This document shows positions 29,685 to 39,331 of a stretch of 64,000 nucleotides of DNA, one piece after another. This stretch comes from a bacterium (lineage in GTDB: Bacteria > Bacillota_I > Bacilli_A > RFN20 > CAG-826): the NCBI GenBank assembly GCA_963638555.1, contig CAVHQU010000001.1, positions 26,317 to 90,316 of the forward strand, in the 5' to 3' direction. The notes under the pieces were generated by a model. It made no database searches. It was not told the DNA's origin and saw nothing but the letters and a program-made list of their open reading frames with translations. The number at the start of each line of letters is the position of its first letter. Position 1 is the first letter of the stretch. Both the position numbers and the translations under genes were made by a program.

Positions 29685-31598
29685 ATGCGTAATGAAATCT
29701 TATTGAACGAAGGTTGGCTTTTCAAGATTGCTGATAAAGCAGAGGAAACAATTAACATTCCACATTCTTGGAATGGCAAAGATGGCCAAGACGGTGGAAA
29801 TGACTATCTTCGTGATGTAGGTCTTTATCGTAAAGAATTCACCTATAAAAAGAAAAAGAGCGAGGACGTGTATTTGATTTTCAATGCCGTTAATTCTCTT
29901 TGTGACGTTTATCTCAATGGTGAAAAGATTATTCATCACGAAGGTGGCTATTCCATTTTTGGTGCCTTAGTCACAGATAAATTAAAAGAAAAGAACGAAC
30001 TTACAGTTTATGCAGATAACAAAGAATATATGCGTGTATATCCTCTTGCTGCAGACTTTACTTTCTATGGTGGCATATACCGCGATGTTAAGTTACTTAG
30101 CGTTCCTACTTCTCATTTCGAATTCAACGATGACATGTCTTCTCCATTGAAATGCACAGTCACAGTTAAAGATGGAGTTGGCACCCTTAACGTTCAAGCA
30201 AAGACAAATACCGAAGATGAGATCATAATCGAACTTATTGACAACGATGGCAATGTCGTTGTCTCTGGAAAACCTAATGAAGATATCAAGGTTTCTTCAC
30301 CTCATCTTTGGAATGGCTTAGAAGATCCGTATTTATATACAGTTAAAGGTAAACTTGTCAAAGATGATAAGATTCTTGATGAAGTAACCACAACAGTCGG
30401 TTTCAGATCATTCTATGTCGATCCTAAAAAAGGTTTCTTCTTAAATGGCAAATCCTATCCATTAAGAGGGGTTGCTAGACACCAAGATAGACCAGGACTT
30501 GGAAACGCTATCAGCAAAGAAGACATGGACGAAGATATTGCTCTTCTTAAAGAGATCGGCGCCACCACAGTTAGATTGTCCCATTATCAACATGATCAGT
30601 ATTTCTATGACTTATGCGATAAAAATGGCATTATCGTTTGGACTGAAATTCCATATATTTCCAAATACTCCCATGAAGCGGATGAAAATGCTGAAAACCA
30701 ATTAAGAGAGTTGATTCATCAATGCTACAATCATCCATCAATTATTTGTTGGGGTGTCTCTAACGAAATCACAATGTTCAGAAAACAGTTTGGAAAGGAT
30801 TGCCGTCAAGATCATAAGAAACTTAACAAATTCTGTCACGATGAGGACCCAAATAGAATCACAGGTGTCGCCTGCTTCTCTGTTATGAATATCTTCAATC
30901 GTGTCGCTCATATAACAGATGTTGCTTCATATAACCTCTATTGGGGATGGTACGTTCCATTCACCCCGATGACTGGATGGATTCTTTCTTGGTGGCACTT
31001 CTTCTACCCACATGGTCCTATCGGATTGAGCGAATATGGTGCAGAAGGCATGCCAAACCTTCATTCCTCTAAGCCAAAGAGATTTGACAATACCGAAGAG
31101 TATCAAGCAATCTATCACGAAAGAATGTTAAAACAAATCAACGCTAGACCATATCTATGGGCAACTCACGTATGGAACATGTTCGATTTTGGCTCTGATG
31201 GCCGTAATCAAGGTGGAGAAAAAGGTATTAATCATAAAGGTTTAGTTACCTTCGATAGAAAAATTAAGAAAGACGCCTTCTATGTCTACAAAGCGTATTG
31301 GTCAAAAGATCCATTTGTTCATATTTGCTCAAAGAGATATGTCAATAGAACTGACAAAAATGCAATAATCAAAGTTTATTCTAATCAAGATAGTGTCTCC
31401 CTTTATAACAATGGCAAACTCATCGCCACGAAGAAAGGCGACAAGATCTTCAAATTCAAGATCAACCTTGCCGAGAAAAATGAAATTAAAGTCGTTTCTG
31501 GAACTTTAGAAGATACAGCATTAATCCTTCGTGTTAAAGAAAGAGATCAATCGTATATCTTGCCAAAAGGCGGAAACAACATGTCCTGGCAAAAATAA
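29685..31598 (+). CDS. Glycoside hydrolase family 2, beta-glucuronidase-like
   Basis: GH2 acid/base WGVSNEI and nucleophile SEYGAEG. GGYSIF sugar-binding region. N-x-K (NHK) in the loop that aligns with the glucuronidase N-K motif. Adjacent to hexuronate catabolic genes. Confidence 0.75.
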   Translation: MRNEILLNEGWLFKIADKAEETINIPHSWNGKDGQDGGNDYLRDVGLYRKEFTYKKKKSEDVYLIFNAVNSLCDVYLNGEKIIHHEGGYSIFGALVTDKLKEKNELTVYADNKEYMRVYPLAADFTFYGGIYRDVKLLSVPTSHFEFNDDMSSPLKCTVTVKDGVGTLNVQAKTNTEDEIIIELIDNDGNVVVSGKPNEDIKVSSPHLWNGLEDPYLYTVKGKLVKDDKILDEVTTTVGFRSFYVDPKKGFFLNGKSYPLRGVARHQDRPGLGNAISKEDMDEDIALLKEIGATTVRLSHYQHDQYFYDLCDKNGIIVWTEIPYISKYSHEADENAENQLRELIHQCYNHPSIICWGVSNEITMFRKQFGKDCRQDHKKLNKFCHDEDPNRITGVACFSVMNIFNRVAHITDVASYNLYWGWYVPFTPMTGWILSWWHFFYPHGPIGLSEYGAEGMPNLHSSKPKRFDNTEEYQAIYHERMLKQINARPYLWATHVWNMFDFGSDGRNQGGEKGINHKGLVTFDRKIKKDAFYVYKAYWSKDPFVHICSKRYVNRTDKNAIIKVYSNQDSVSLYNNGKLIATKKGDKIFKFKINLAEKNEIKVVSGTLEDTALILRVKERDQSYILPKGGNNMSWQK

Positions 31599-31610
31599 TC
31601 ATCGTTTATT

Positions 31611-31634
31611 AGCCCATAGAAATATGGGCTTTTA
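31611..31634 (+). terminator. Terminator after the GH2 gene
   Basis: AGCCCATA-GAAA-TATGGGCT followed by TTTTAAAA. Confidence 0.65.
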
Positions 31635-31641
31635 AAATGAA

Positions 31642-31668
31642 AAGGCACCACATGGGTGCCTTATTTTT
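31642..31668. terminator. Second, bidirectional terminator between the convergent GH2 and small membrane protein genes
   Basis: AGGCACC-ACAT-GGGTGCCT with AAAATGAAAA before and TATTTTTG after. Confidence 0.6.
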
Positions 31669-31679
31669 GTTGTCTTTGG

Positions 31680-32150
31680 CTATTCTGCAATAGCTTCTGT
31701 AGATTCGACTTTAACTTCTTTTGTAAGATTGAAGAAGGAACCAACAGCAATAACAATCATTGTTGCGCAATAGATGATGAATGCTGGTCCACCAGTTCCC
31801 ATTGCGCCGACTGCATATTCATTCGTTCTATCTAAGCTTGTCGCCCATACAGTACCAATTAGATAGGTTCTTGAATTGATAACGAAGTAGAAACAAATGC
31901 CAGACAAGACGGCTGCAGCAAGCATTGGGATATACGAAACGAAATGATTTCCGAATTTCAATGACAACGCTACTGAGCCAAGCAAGCAAATTACTGCAAC
32001 AATTGAGAACCCGATGATTAAACCCAATTGAGAAATTTCATATCCTAAGAAGGAAGAAGAAATGATTGTTAGAATCATCGAAGCAAGAATGAGAATTGCT
32101 GAAGCGAGATTAACATAGCTAGCAACGCTTAAATTTTTAATGAATTTCAT
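31680..32150 (-). CDS. Small four-TM membrane protein, function unknown
   Basis: 156 aa, four hydrophobic helices. Its start abuts the GH3 stop (32152), suggesting co-transcription. Confidence 0.5.
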   Translation of the reverse strand: MKFIKNLSVASYVNLASAILILASMILTIISSSFLGYEISQLGLIIGFSIVAVICLLGSVALSLKFGNHFVSYIPMLAAAVLSGICFYFVINSRTYLIGTVWATSLDRTNEYAVGAMGTGGPAFIIYCATMIVIAVGSFFNLTKEVKVESTEAIAE

Positions 32151-32151
32151 A

Positions 32152-35100
32152 TTATTTTGCTCCTTTCTTCTTATTTTCTAAGACAGTGAAGACAACCGTT
32201 CCTGCAGCGCCTAAGAGCACTACAGTTGCAGACGCAGAGATTATTGCAATATAAGCCGCTCTCCACCATGTCATATTTGAAACGATTTCTGTATTTGCAT
32301 TAACGGTATTCATGTAATTGCTTTGAGTGATAACCCAAAGATTACGATGAACTGCTTCTTTAACGTTATTAAGAATCTTCTTGTCATGCTTAACATCTTC
32401 GATATCGAAACCGGAGATGTCATTAATTGTATCTTTGGAGTCAAAAGAGGTGATACCTGCGGCTAATGCTTGTGGAAGATAATCTTCATCATCATTTAAA
32501 TCCGAGACTATATATCCATTATATCCCCATTCTTCTCTAAGAATATTTGTCAATAATCCTTCAGAGCAAGTGACTTCGCATGGGCCAATCTTTGAGAAAG
32601 ATGTCATAACGCCTAAAAGGCCTACATCCTTTTCTTCCGTGTCATATTTATCTGCCTCAAAAGCAATTTGGAAAGCTCTAAGTTCGATTTCACGGGCACG
32701 TTGCTCGTTTAGATATGGTGCAACGCCATCACGATGGGTTTCTTGATCGTTGAATGCAAAATGTTTTGGGGCGGCGATTAAGCCTTTATCAAGTGCACCG
32801 ATGGAATATTCCATACCGGTATTTCCAGTAAGAATTGCATCTTCTGAATAATATTCAATATTACGACCATTATAGCCATTACGATGAGTATTCATTGATG
32901 GGCCCCAAAGAATTGGAAGGCCAACAAAGAGGGCATCATTGCCAATGAGTCTTCCTTCTTCATAGGCAAGTTCATGGCTGAATGTTGCGGCTAGAACTGG
33001 GCCAGAGGTGAAAACTCTCATCTCATATTTGGCATTAGGATCATCTTCAGAAATATGCCAAGGACATTCAGAGACGTTATCACCGAAATTGTTGTAAGAG
33101 ATAGTTTGGAAAGCTTGATCGCCAACCCCATTAGGGCCATTTTCGGTGAATTTTCCGCCAAGGAATCCAACGGAATCCATCGCTAAGAAGTCTCTATTGC
33201 CATGAACGATGAAATTCAACGCGTCTTCAAGGTTCAATTGATCTAATAAAGATGACCAATCTTGGTAATCATAGTCAGCCCCCTTAAGGTTAACGTAATT
33301 TAAATCCCCTTCTTGATCGAACTTGATTAAAGAAACGTCATCATTTGTTGATGGCTCATACATCATGCCATTGATGATTTGAATCATCTCTGGGGTTGCC
33401 TCAAGACCTTTGTATTCTTTTGGCCACGTGCCAGACCAGTCATTGCGGGAGAGATAAGTGACAGCATTTTCTTGATATGTGTTGAAATCTGCACCTGAGA
33501 GATTGTTCTTTACTTGAACGCCCGCTTTAGTGACATTGAATGTGTCAGAATCAGTTTCGGAAACGTCATAATTATAAAGATAGGCTTTAGAAGGTTCACC
33601 ATTAGCTGACGAATACCCTTGTCTTGCTAAGATGTTATTGACAGCTTCGTGAGCACCATTGCCAATGGAGAAATAGTAATCTCCTCCATCAAGAATATAA
33701 GAGCCTTCGCCGCCTTTTGCTAAAGAATCCCATGAAGCAATGTTTTGCATATCAACTTCAATGGTGAGAGTAACGCTTTGATCTGGATCTAAAAGAGCGG
33801 TTTTATCATATGCTAATAATTGAATTGCACTCTTTTCAACACCGTTAGCGATATTTTCTTCTGTGTATGGTGCTTGGCCATAGATTTGAACAACGTGCTT
33901 ACCAGCTTTAGAGCCAGTGTTAGTGACTTTAACTTCAAATTCCATCTTGAATTCATGGGCTTTATGGGTAATTTTTGGTTCACCAACGAATTCTTCGGAG
34001 AATGTTGTATATGAAAGGCCGTAGCCAAATGGATATGAAACTTCTTTATCGTAATCCCAATTGCCTTCATAAGAAGATCCTGCAGTTGAATTTGCGTTGC
34101 CTTTATTAGCAATCGCATCGGCATATCTGGTTTCATAATAATGATATCCAGTGTAGATACCTTCCGCTTCAATAACGTAATATTGGCCTGAAGCGCTGGA
34201 TTTTAAACGTTTGGCGAATTCAGATGCGTCATTGGAATATTTATATTCTCCCATGTTGATTGTGGCAGGGGCAGAAAGGCTATATGAAGCATAGGTGTCA
34301 GGTAAATGTCCCGATGGATTTATGCTGCCATTAAGGATTTCAGCAACTGCACGTGTGCCATAGTTTCCGCCAATGCCCATCCAAAGGATGGCATCTATGC
34401 CTTCGTCTTGCTTTAAATCATCGATTTCCATTTGGTTAACGGCATTGACGATAACGATGACTTTCTTACATTTGGACTTGGCATATTCGATAATGTTCTT
34501 TTCATTTGTCGAAAGCTGCATTGGATTATCCATACCAGCTGCTGGGTCAACTTGATCTTTAGTCCAGTCAACACCTTCGGTAGCGGCTCTGCCAACAACA
34601 ACAATACCAGCATCGTTATATTCTAAAATAGAATCTTCTGCAGCCGAATCTCTTGTGAGTAAATCGTCAATCGTTGCTTCTTTTGGGTTGAAGCCATTTC
34701 CGCCAGCATAGGTTGCATATGCGCCTTGTGGTGGATAATCATTCTCTAATATCTTATTATCAGAGCAGTAAGCGTCATATGCATCAGCAAGAGTTTCGTT
34801 AACTGAGAATCCGGCTTCCTTTAAAGCATCACGGAAATGAACAGTTTGATTATTTCCTGCCGCTTTATGACCAATAAATGCACCAGTAATCGTTGCTGAC
34901 GAACGAATACCAAATAAAGAAACTTTGCATTTATTGTCGTTACTCGTGTTTAAAGGTAAGGTTCCATCATTCTTTAAAAGAACGGTTCCTTCTCCTTGTA
35001 TTTCTTTTGCTAAATCTTCGTGGGCTTTAACGAGTTTAGCTGAATCGCCTTTGCCATCTGTGAGCAATTCTTCGTCTGGAGTGAAAGTATTGAATAACTC

Positions 35101-35259
35101 TCCTTCTCCTTTTTGAACTAATTTAGTTGAATGGGTTCCGAAAAAACCATCGAGTGTGCCTGCGTTTGCTTCCATAACATTGGCGGCCGCAATACCGAAT
35201 ACTAATGTCGATGCAAATACAAACGTGAGGCCTCTGCTTACGCGTTTTAGTTTAGCCAT
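32152..35259 (-). CDS. Glycoside hydrolase family 3, domain-permuted paralog with signal peptide and C-terminal TM anchor
   Basis: GRNIEYYSEDAILTGN and KHFAFNDQE near the C-terminus. N-terminal region has the GH3 C-domain signature (LLKNDGTLPLNT). C-terminal helix AAYIAIISASATVVLLGAAGTVVF. Confidence 0.8.
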   Translation of the reverse strand: MAKLKRVSRGLTFVFASTLVFGIAAANVMEANAGTLDGFFGTHSTKLVQKGEGELFNTFTPDEELLTDGKGDSAKLVKAHEDLAKEIQGEGTVLLKNDGTLPLNTSNDNKCKVSLFGIRSSATITGAFIGHKAAGNNQTVHFRDALKEAGFSVNETLADAYDAYCSDNKILENDYPPQGAYATYAGGNGFNPKEATIDDLLTRDSAAEDSILEYNDAGIVVVGRAATEGVDWTKDQVDPAAGMDNPMQLSTNEKNIIEYAKSKCKKVIVIVNAVNQMEIDDLKQDEGIDAILWMGIGGNYGTRAVAEILNGSINPSGHLPDTYASYSLSAPATINMGEYKYSNDASEFAKRLKSSASGQYYVIEAEGIYTGYHYYETRYADAIANKGNANSTAGSSYEGNWDYDKEVSYPFGYGLSYTTFSEEFVGEPKITHKAHEFKMEFEVKVTNTGSKAGKHVVQIYGQAPYTEENIANGVEKSAIQLLAYDKTALLDPDQSVTLTIEVDMQNIASWDSLAKGGEGSYILDGGDYYFSIGNGAHEAVNNILARQGYSSANGEPSKAYLYNYDVSETDSDTFNVTKAGVQVKNNLSGADFNTYQENAVTYLSRNDWSGTWPKEYKGLEATPEMIQIINGMMYEPSTNDDVSLIKFDQEGDLNYVNLKGADYDYQDWSSLLDQLNLEDALNFIVHGNRDFLAMDSVGFLGGKFTENGPNGVGDQAFQTISYNNFGDNVSECPWHISEDDPNAKYEMRVFTSGPVLAATFSHELAYEEGRLIGNDALFVGLPILWGPSMNTHRNGYNGRNIEYYSEDAILTGNTGMEYSIGALDKGLIAAPKHFAFNDQETHRDGVAPYLNEQRAREIELRAFQIAFEADKYDTEEKDVGLLGVMTSFSKIGPCEVTCSEGLLTNILREEWGYNGYIVSDLNDDEDYLPQALAAGITSFDSKDTINDISGFDIEDVKHDKKILNNVKEAVHRNLWVITQSNYMNTVNANTEIVSNMTWWRAAYIAIISASATVVLLGAAGTVVFTVLENKKKGAK

Positions 35260-35347
35260 ATAGTCCTCCTAAAATGAAAACGCTATCATTCTCACATTTA
35301 TTATTAAAACTTTCAAAACAAGATTACCGATATGATTGATTTCGCAA

Positions 35348-35388
35348 AGAAAAAATAAAAAATGCAATACTTATGAGATGTATTGCAT
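35348..35388 (-). terminator. Terminator after the cupin gene
   Basis: ATGCAATAC-TTATGAGAT-GTATTGCAT perfect 9-bp stem, preceded on the plus strand by AAAAAATAAAAA, which is a T-run on the minus strand. Confidence 0.6.
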
Positions 35389-35412
35389 AAAAATGTTCAA
35401 CTATTAAATATC

Positions 35413-35766
35413 TTAGAAAGCAACGATTAGAAGCATCTTGAATCTTTCTAATCCATATACGGCATGTGGGTGGTGAGCAGGCATGACGATTGTTTCGCCT
35501 TCATTGAGGATATGTTCAATGCCATCAATGGTGATTTTTCCTTTGCCATCTAAGCAAATTACCATAGCGTCTCCACCAGATTCATGAGTGCTAATCTCTT
35601 CATCTTTTTCAAAAGAGAAAAGAGTCATGCTTATCACGGAATTTTGGATGAGTGTCTTAGAGACGACTTGACCATCTTGATAAGAAATTTCATCTTTCAA
35701 AGAGAGGACTTCTGCCATTTTGATGTTTTTAAGTTTTGATTTGTTTTCGTTAATTTGTATTTTCAT
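35413..35766 (-). CDS. Cupin-domain protein
   Basis: 117 aa. The small beta-barrel pattern (HAHPHAVYGL... GETIVMPA) fits the cupin_2 fold. Confidence 0.55.
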   Translation of the reverse strand: MKIQINENKSKLKNIKMAEVLSLKDEISYQDGQVVSKTLIQNSVISMTLFSFEKDEEISTHESGGDAMVICLDGKGKITIDGIEHILNEGETIVMPAHHPHAVYGLERFKMLLIVAF

Positions 35767-35863
35767 ATGAAATTATTATATTCCAGCACAAGTAAATTTC
35801 AAAAAAATAATGACATAGTATTGAATACTAGATATACTTTCATATGGAAAAGGAATTCATAGT

Positions 35864-36751
35864 ATGAAAAACTTTATCTTGTCTTGTGAATCAACAGTTG
35901 ATATGCCTTATTCCTACGTTACTGGAAGAGGACTTCAAGTTTTATTTTATTCTTATACAGTGAATGGGGAAACCTATTTAGATGATATGGGCAGAGACCC
36001 TAACTCATTGCCAAACTTCTATGAAAGATTAGCGTTAGGATATATTCCTACAACCTCCCAAATCAATGAATTTACCTACGAAGAATTCTTTAAGAAATTC
36101 TTAGATGAAGGAAAGGATATTCTCCATCTATGTTTTGGAACAGGCATGACTCAATCTTATGCTCAAGCAGTCAATGCGGCTGAAATTCTTAAATCAAACT
36201 ACCCAGATAGAAAAATAGTCGTTATTGATACAACATGCTCATCTTCTGGATACGGAATGATTGTTGATGACGCAGCCGATTTATATGAAGAAGGAAAATC
36301 TCTTGAAGATATCGCAAAATACGTCGAAGAGAACAAATTTAATATCCATCACCAATTCTATACAACTGATTTGAAATATTTCAAACGTACTGGTAGAGTC
36401 TCTGGTCCTGTCGCTTCAATTGGCGCCGTTCTTAGAATTTGCCCTTTGATGCAGCTAAACCATGCTGGCAAAATCATTGCTTATTCCAAAGTCATGGGCA
36501 AAAAGAACGCTTTGAAAGCCACATTAGACTGGATGGAAAACCACGCAGAGAATGGAAAAGACTACAATGGTAAAATATTCATTTCTCATTCTAATGCTTT
36601 ATCAGATGCGGAGGCCACTAAAAACGAAATTGAGAAGAGATTCCCAAATTTGATCGGTAAAGTCAAAATATTTGATATTGGAACAATAATAGCCTCACAT
36701 GCTGGTCCTGGAACTGTTGCAGTTTACTTCCATGGCGATGAGAGAAAATAA
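35864..36751 (+). CDS. DegV-family fatty-acid-binding protein
   Basis: MKNFILSCESTVDMP N-terminus and the overall DegV/EDD fold pattern. 295 aa. Confidence 0.85.
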   Translation: MKNFILSCESTVDMPYSYVTGRGLQVLFYSYTVNGETYLDDMGRDPNSLPNFYERLALGYIPTTSQINEFTYEEFFKKFLDEGKDILHLCFGTGMTQSYAQAVNAAEILKSNYPDRKIVVIDTTCSSSGYGMIVDDAADLYEEGKSLEDIAKYVEENKFNIHHQFYTTDLKYFKRTGRVSGPVASIGAVLRICPLMQLNHAGKIIAYSKVMGKKNALKATLDWMENHAENGKDYNGKIFISHSNALSDAEATKNEIEKRFPNLIGKVKIFDIGTIIASHAGPGTVAVYFHGDERK

Positions 36752-36757
36752 GATTTA

Positions 36758-36800
36758 AAAAATAAGAGACGGCTACATGGGTCGTCTCTTTTTTAATGCC
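36758..36800. terminator. Bidirectional terminator between DegV (+) and GGDEF (-) genes
   Basis: AGAGACG-(11 nt)-CGTCTCT flanked by AAAAAATAAG and TTTTTTAAT. Confidence 0.6.
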
Positions 36801-37929
36801 CTCTATGATAACGTTCTTTCTCGATATACATTTCCGTATCAAAGTTCTTAAGGAATTCCGCCGCTGATTGTCCTTTTATATATGATGCATAACCTAGTGA
36901 GGCGAACAATTCAATTTCGCATTCATCAGAATTATTGTATTTTTCGAATTCATGATTTATTTGTTCGATATACGTCTTTATTTCCTTAACATTCCTAGTG
37001 TTTACAAGAATAACGAATTCATCGCCCGAAAGTCTAATGACTGTACCTTTTCTGCCGACTGCCTTATGAAGAATCTCAGCAAACTCTTTTAAAGCCTTAT
37101 CTCCAGCGTCATGGCCATATTTGTCATTGATGTTCTTGAAATCATTGATATCTAACATGATTCCCGTAACAGATGGGTCTTTCTTATTTGTGATATTATT
37201 GATCGAATAATTGAAGTAAGCACGATTATATGTGTCAGTTAACTCATCTGTGAATACTCTTTCCATTGCTACAGAAGATAGAACGCCAGCTAGCCCTACT
37301 GCAATGCATGGCCATATCATGCTGATTCCATAGAAGAGGCTTTGAAGGATCGTCCCAAGAATTGTTGGAAATATAAACAAATAGAAAGGGAAGAATCTTG
37401 ATGATTTCTTTTTAACCAAAGCTACGATATAAACAGTTAAAGAATAAACAATATAAAGGAAAGAAAGAGCAAGCGTTATGTAATAGCCCCATAAACGAGT
37501 ATACGTATTGCCCGAATCTATCTTAAAAAGGAATGGGATGAAGATATTAACTATGACCATTACGACATTTATAAGGAAAGGAAGCGATAGAATGAAGATT
37601 GAGACTTTTCTTGGTTTTGAAAAGAAATAATAACGAACGAATAACGATAAAAGGGACGCAAAAAGGGTCGGTGCAATAAAATCCAATGTGTTCACAGCCA
37701 TCCCAAGATAATAGAAAACCATCCCTTCTTTTTCATTAACGTAAAAAGAAATAGTCTCTAAGATAATTGTAAAGAAGGCAATAAATAATAAAGATAGGAG
37801 AACACCGTTGTAATAACGTTTGGAACGCAAAGAACGGATATTCGCGAAGAATAAAACAATAAGCAAAATTAATGCTAAGGCATTAGTCATATATGAAGAT
37901 GAGATTGCTAAATTAGTTTCAAAAATCAT
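36793..37929 (-). CDS. Membrane-anchored diguanylate cyclase-like protein (GGDEF domain with SGDEF variant)
   Basis: Six N-terminal TM helices. I-site-like RxxD region, then DINDFKNINDKYGHDAGDKAL ... RLSGDEFVIL. Confidence 0.8.
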   Translation of the reverse strand: MIFETNLAISSSYMTNALALILLIVLFFANIRSLRSKRYYNGVLLSLLFIAFFTIILETISFYVNEKEGMVFYYLGMAVNTLDFIAPTLFASLLSLFVRYYFFSKPRKVSIFILSLPFLINVVMVIVNIFIPFLFKIDSGNTYTRLWGYYITLALSFLYIVYSLTVYIVALVKKKSSRFFPFYLFIFPTILGTILQSLFYGISMIWPCIAVGLAGVLSSVAMERVFTDELTDTYNRAYFNYSINNITNKKDPSVTGIMLDINDFKNINDKYGHDAGDKALKEFAEILHKAVGRKGTVIRLSGDEFVILVNTRNVKEIKTYIEQINHEFEKYNNSDECEIELFASLGYASYIKGQSAAEFLKNFDTEMYIEKERYHRGH

Positions 37930-38040
37930 ATTTTCTCTCCAAAAAAGATTATAATCTCTTTTAATTGAATGTTCTAAATTTCTTGATAAAAATCAGCAAT
38001 TGGCTTAAGTTTGATTGGTATTCTTATTTAAGGAGTTATT

Positions 38041-39294
38041 ATGACAAAGAAGCAAAAAGTCCTATCTGTCGTGTCTTTAATTTATAACATTGCCATTGTT
38101 GGTTTTGTTACTGGCGCATTTATTTATTCATATTTTTCAAGCAATGCCGGCGTTTCTTTGATGGCTTCTGGATTTTCTTCAATTCGTTTTTATACAGTTC
38201 TTTCCAATGTCTTGCTTGCAATATTCTCTTTGCCAATCTTAATTGGCGATATTGTTTGCTTAGCAAAAAAGAAATATGAACTTCCTACATGGGTTAGCAT
38301 TCTTAAATTCCTAGGAGTTGTCGGAACAACAATTACCTTTCTTACTGTCGTTTGCTTTTTAGCACCTAATGCCGCTAAATCAGGGGAAGGTTACTGGTCT
38401 ATGTTCCAAGGCCCTAATCTTTATTATCACTTGATTGTTCCAATTCTTGCCATCTTTTCTTTTGTATTCACAGAACTTAATGCAAGTTTCAAATTGCCTT
38501 ACACTCCTATCGGTTTAGTAAGTGTTGTTGGCTATGGCATTTTTTATATCATTAACTACTTCTTCCATTTAATCGACGATGGAAATGGCGGATATGATTG
38601 GTATGGATTTATTGGCGATTCAAAAAGACCGGTATGGCTTGTGGCAATCATTATGCTTATTGCCTCTTATCTTATTTGCATCGTTCTCTACTTCTTGCAT
38701 CGTTTGTTTACGGGCATCACCGTTGGTAAAAAAATAATGCCAATCGAAGAAAACTCTTATATGCGTAACGACCCAAATTATGATTATTCTTCAACTCATA
38801 ACTTTGAACCAATATATGAAGAAGACAAAATCAAAGGGGGTGACGAGGAAGAAAAACAATCCGTGAAAGAAGAGATGCCAGTAGAGCCTGAAGATATTAA
38901 AGTAGAGCAAAAGAAAACTTTCAAAAATCAAAAACGCAAAGAGGCCAAGAAAGAGAATAAGCCACTTCAAGATGAAAAAGAAGAGACCCCTGTAGTGGAA
39001 ATCCCTTCAGCGGAAGAAAATTCAGAAGAAGAAATCGATATTGAAATTGAATCGAAAAAAGAAACTTCTTCCAAAACGTCTGATCAAAAACAAAATAATT
39101 ACAACGGCAAAACTAGAACATACCACATATCCAAAGTTCCAGAAAAAGGTTGGCAAGTAAAATTAGCGACAGGAAAGAAAGCAATCAAATATTTCCCAAC
39201 ACAAAAGGAAGCAATCGCCTTTGCAAAATCTCTTTCCGAAACACAAGGCGGTTCAATAAGAATTCATTCAAAGAAAGGTAAAATAAGAAAATAA
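38041..39294 (+). CDS. Membrane protein with acidic low-complexity linker and C-terminal DUF2188-like domain
   Basis: About 240 aa of TM helices, then an E/K-rich stretch, then GKTRTYHISKVPEKGWQVKLATGKKAIKYFPTQKEAIAFAKSL. Confidence 0.55.
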   Translation: MTKKQKVLSVVSLIYNIAIVGFVTGAFIYSYFSSNAGVSLMASGFSSIRFYTVLSNVLLAIFSLPILIGDIVCLAKKKYELPTWVSILKFLGVVGTTITFLTVVCFLAPNAAKSGEGYWSMFQGPNLYYHLIVPILAIFSFVFTELNASFKLPYTPIGLVSVVGYGIFYIINYFFHLIDDGNGGYDWYGFIGDSKRPVWLVAIIMLIASYLICIVLYFLHRLFTGITVGKKIMPIEENSYMRNDPNYDYSSTHNFEPIYEEDKIKGGDEEEKQSVKEEMPVEPEDIKVEQKKTFKNQKRKEAKKENKPLQDEKEETPVVEIPSAEENSEEEIDIEIESKKETSSKTSDQKQNNYNGKTRTYHISKVPEKGWQVKLATGKKAIKYFPTQKEAIAFAKSLSETQGGSIRIHSKKGKIRK

Positions 39295-39296
39295 GT

Positions 39297-39328
39297 AAAA
39301 AGGAGATTCAAATCGAATCTCCTTTTTT
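39297..39328. terminator. Bidirectional terminator between convergent genes
   Basis: GGAGATTC-AAATC-GAATCTCC flanked by AAAA and TTTTTT. Confidence 0.65.
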
Positions 39329-39331
39329 AAG

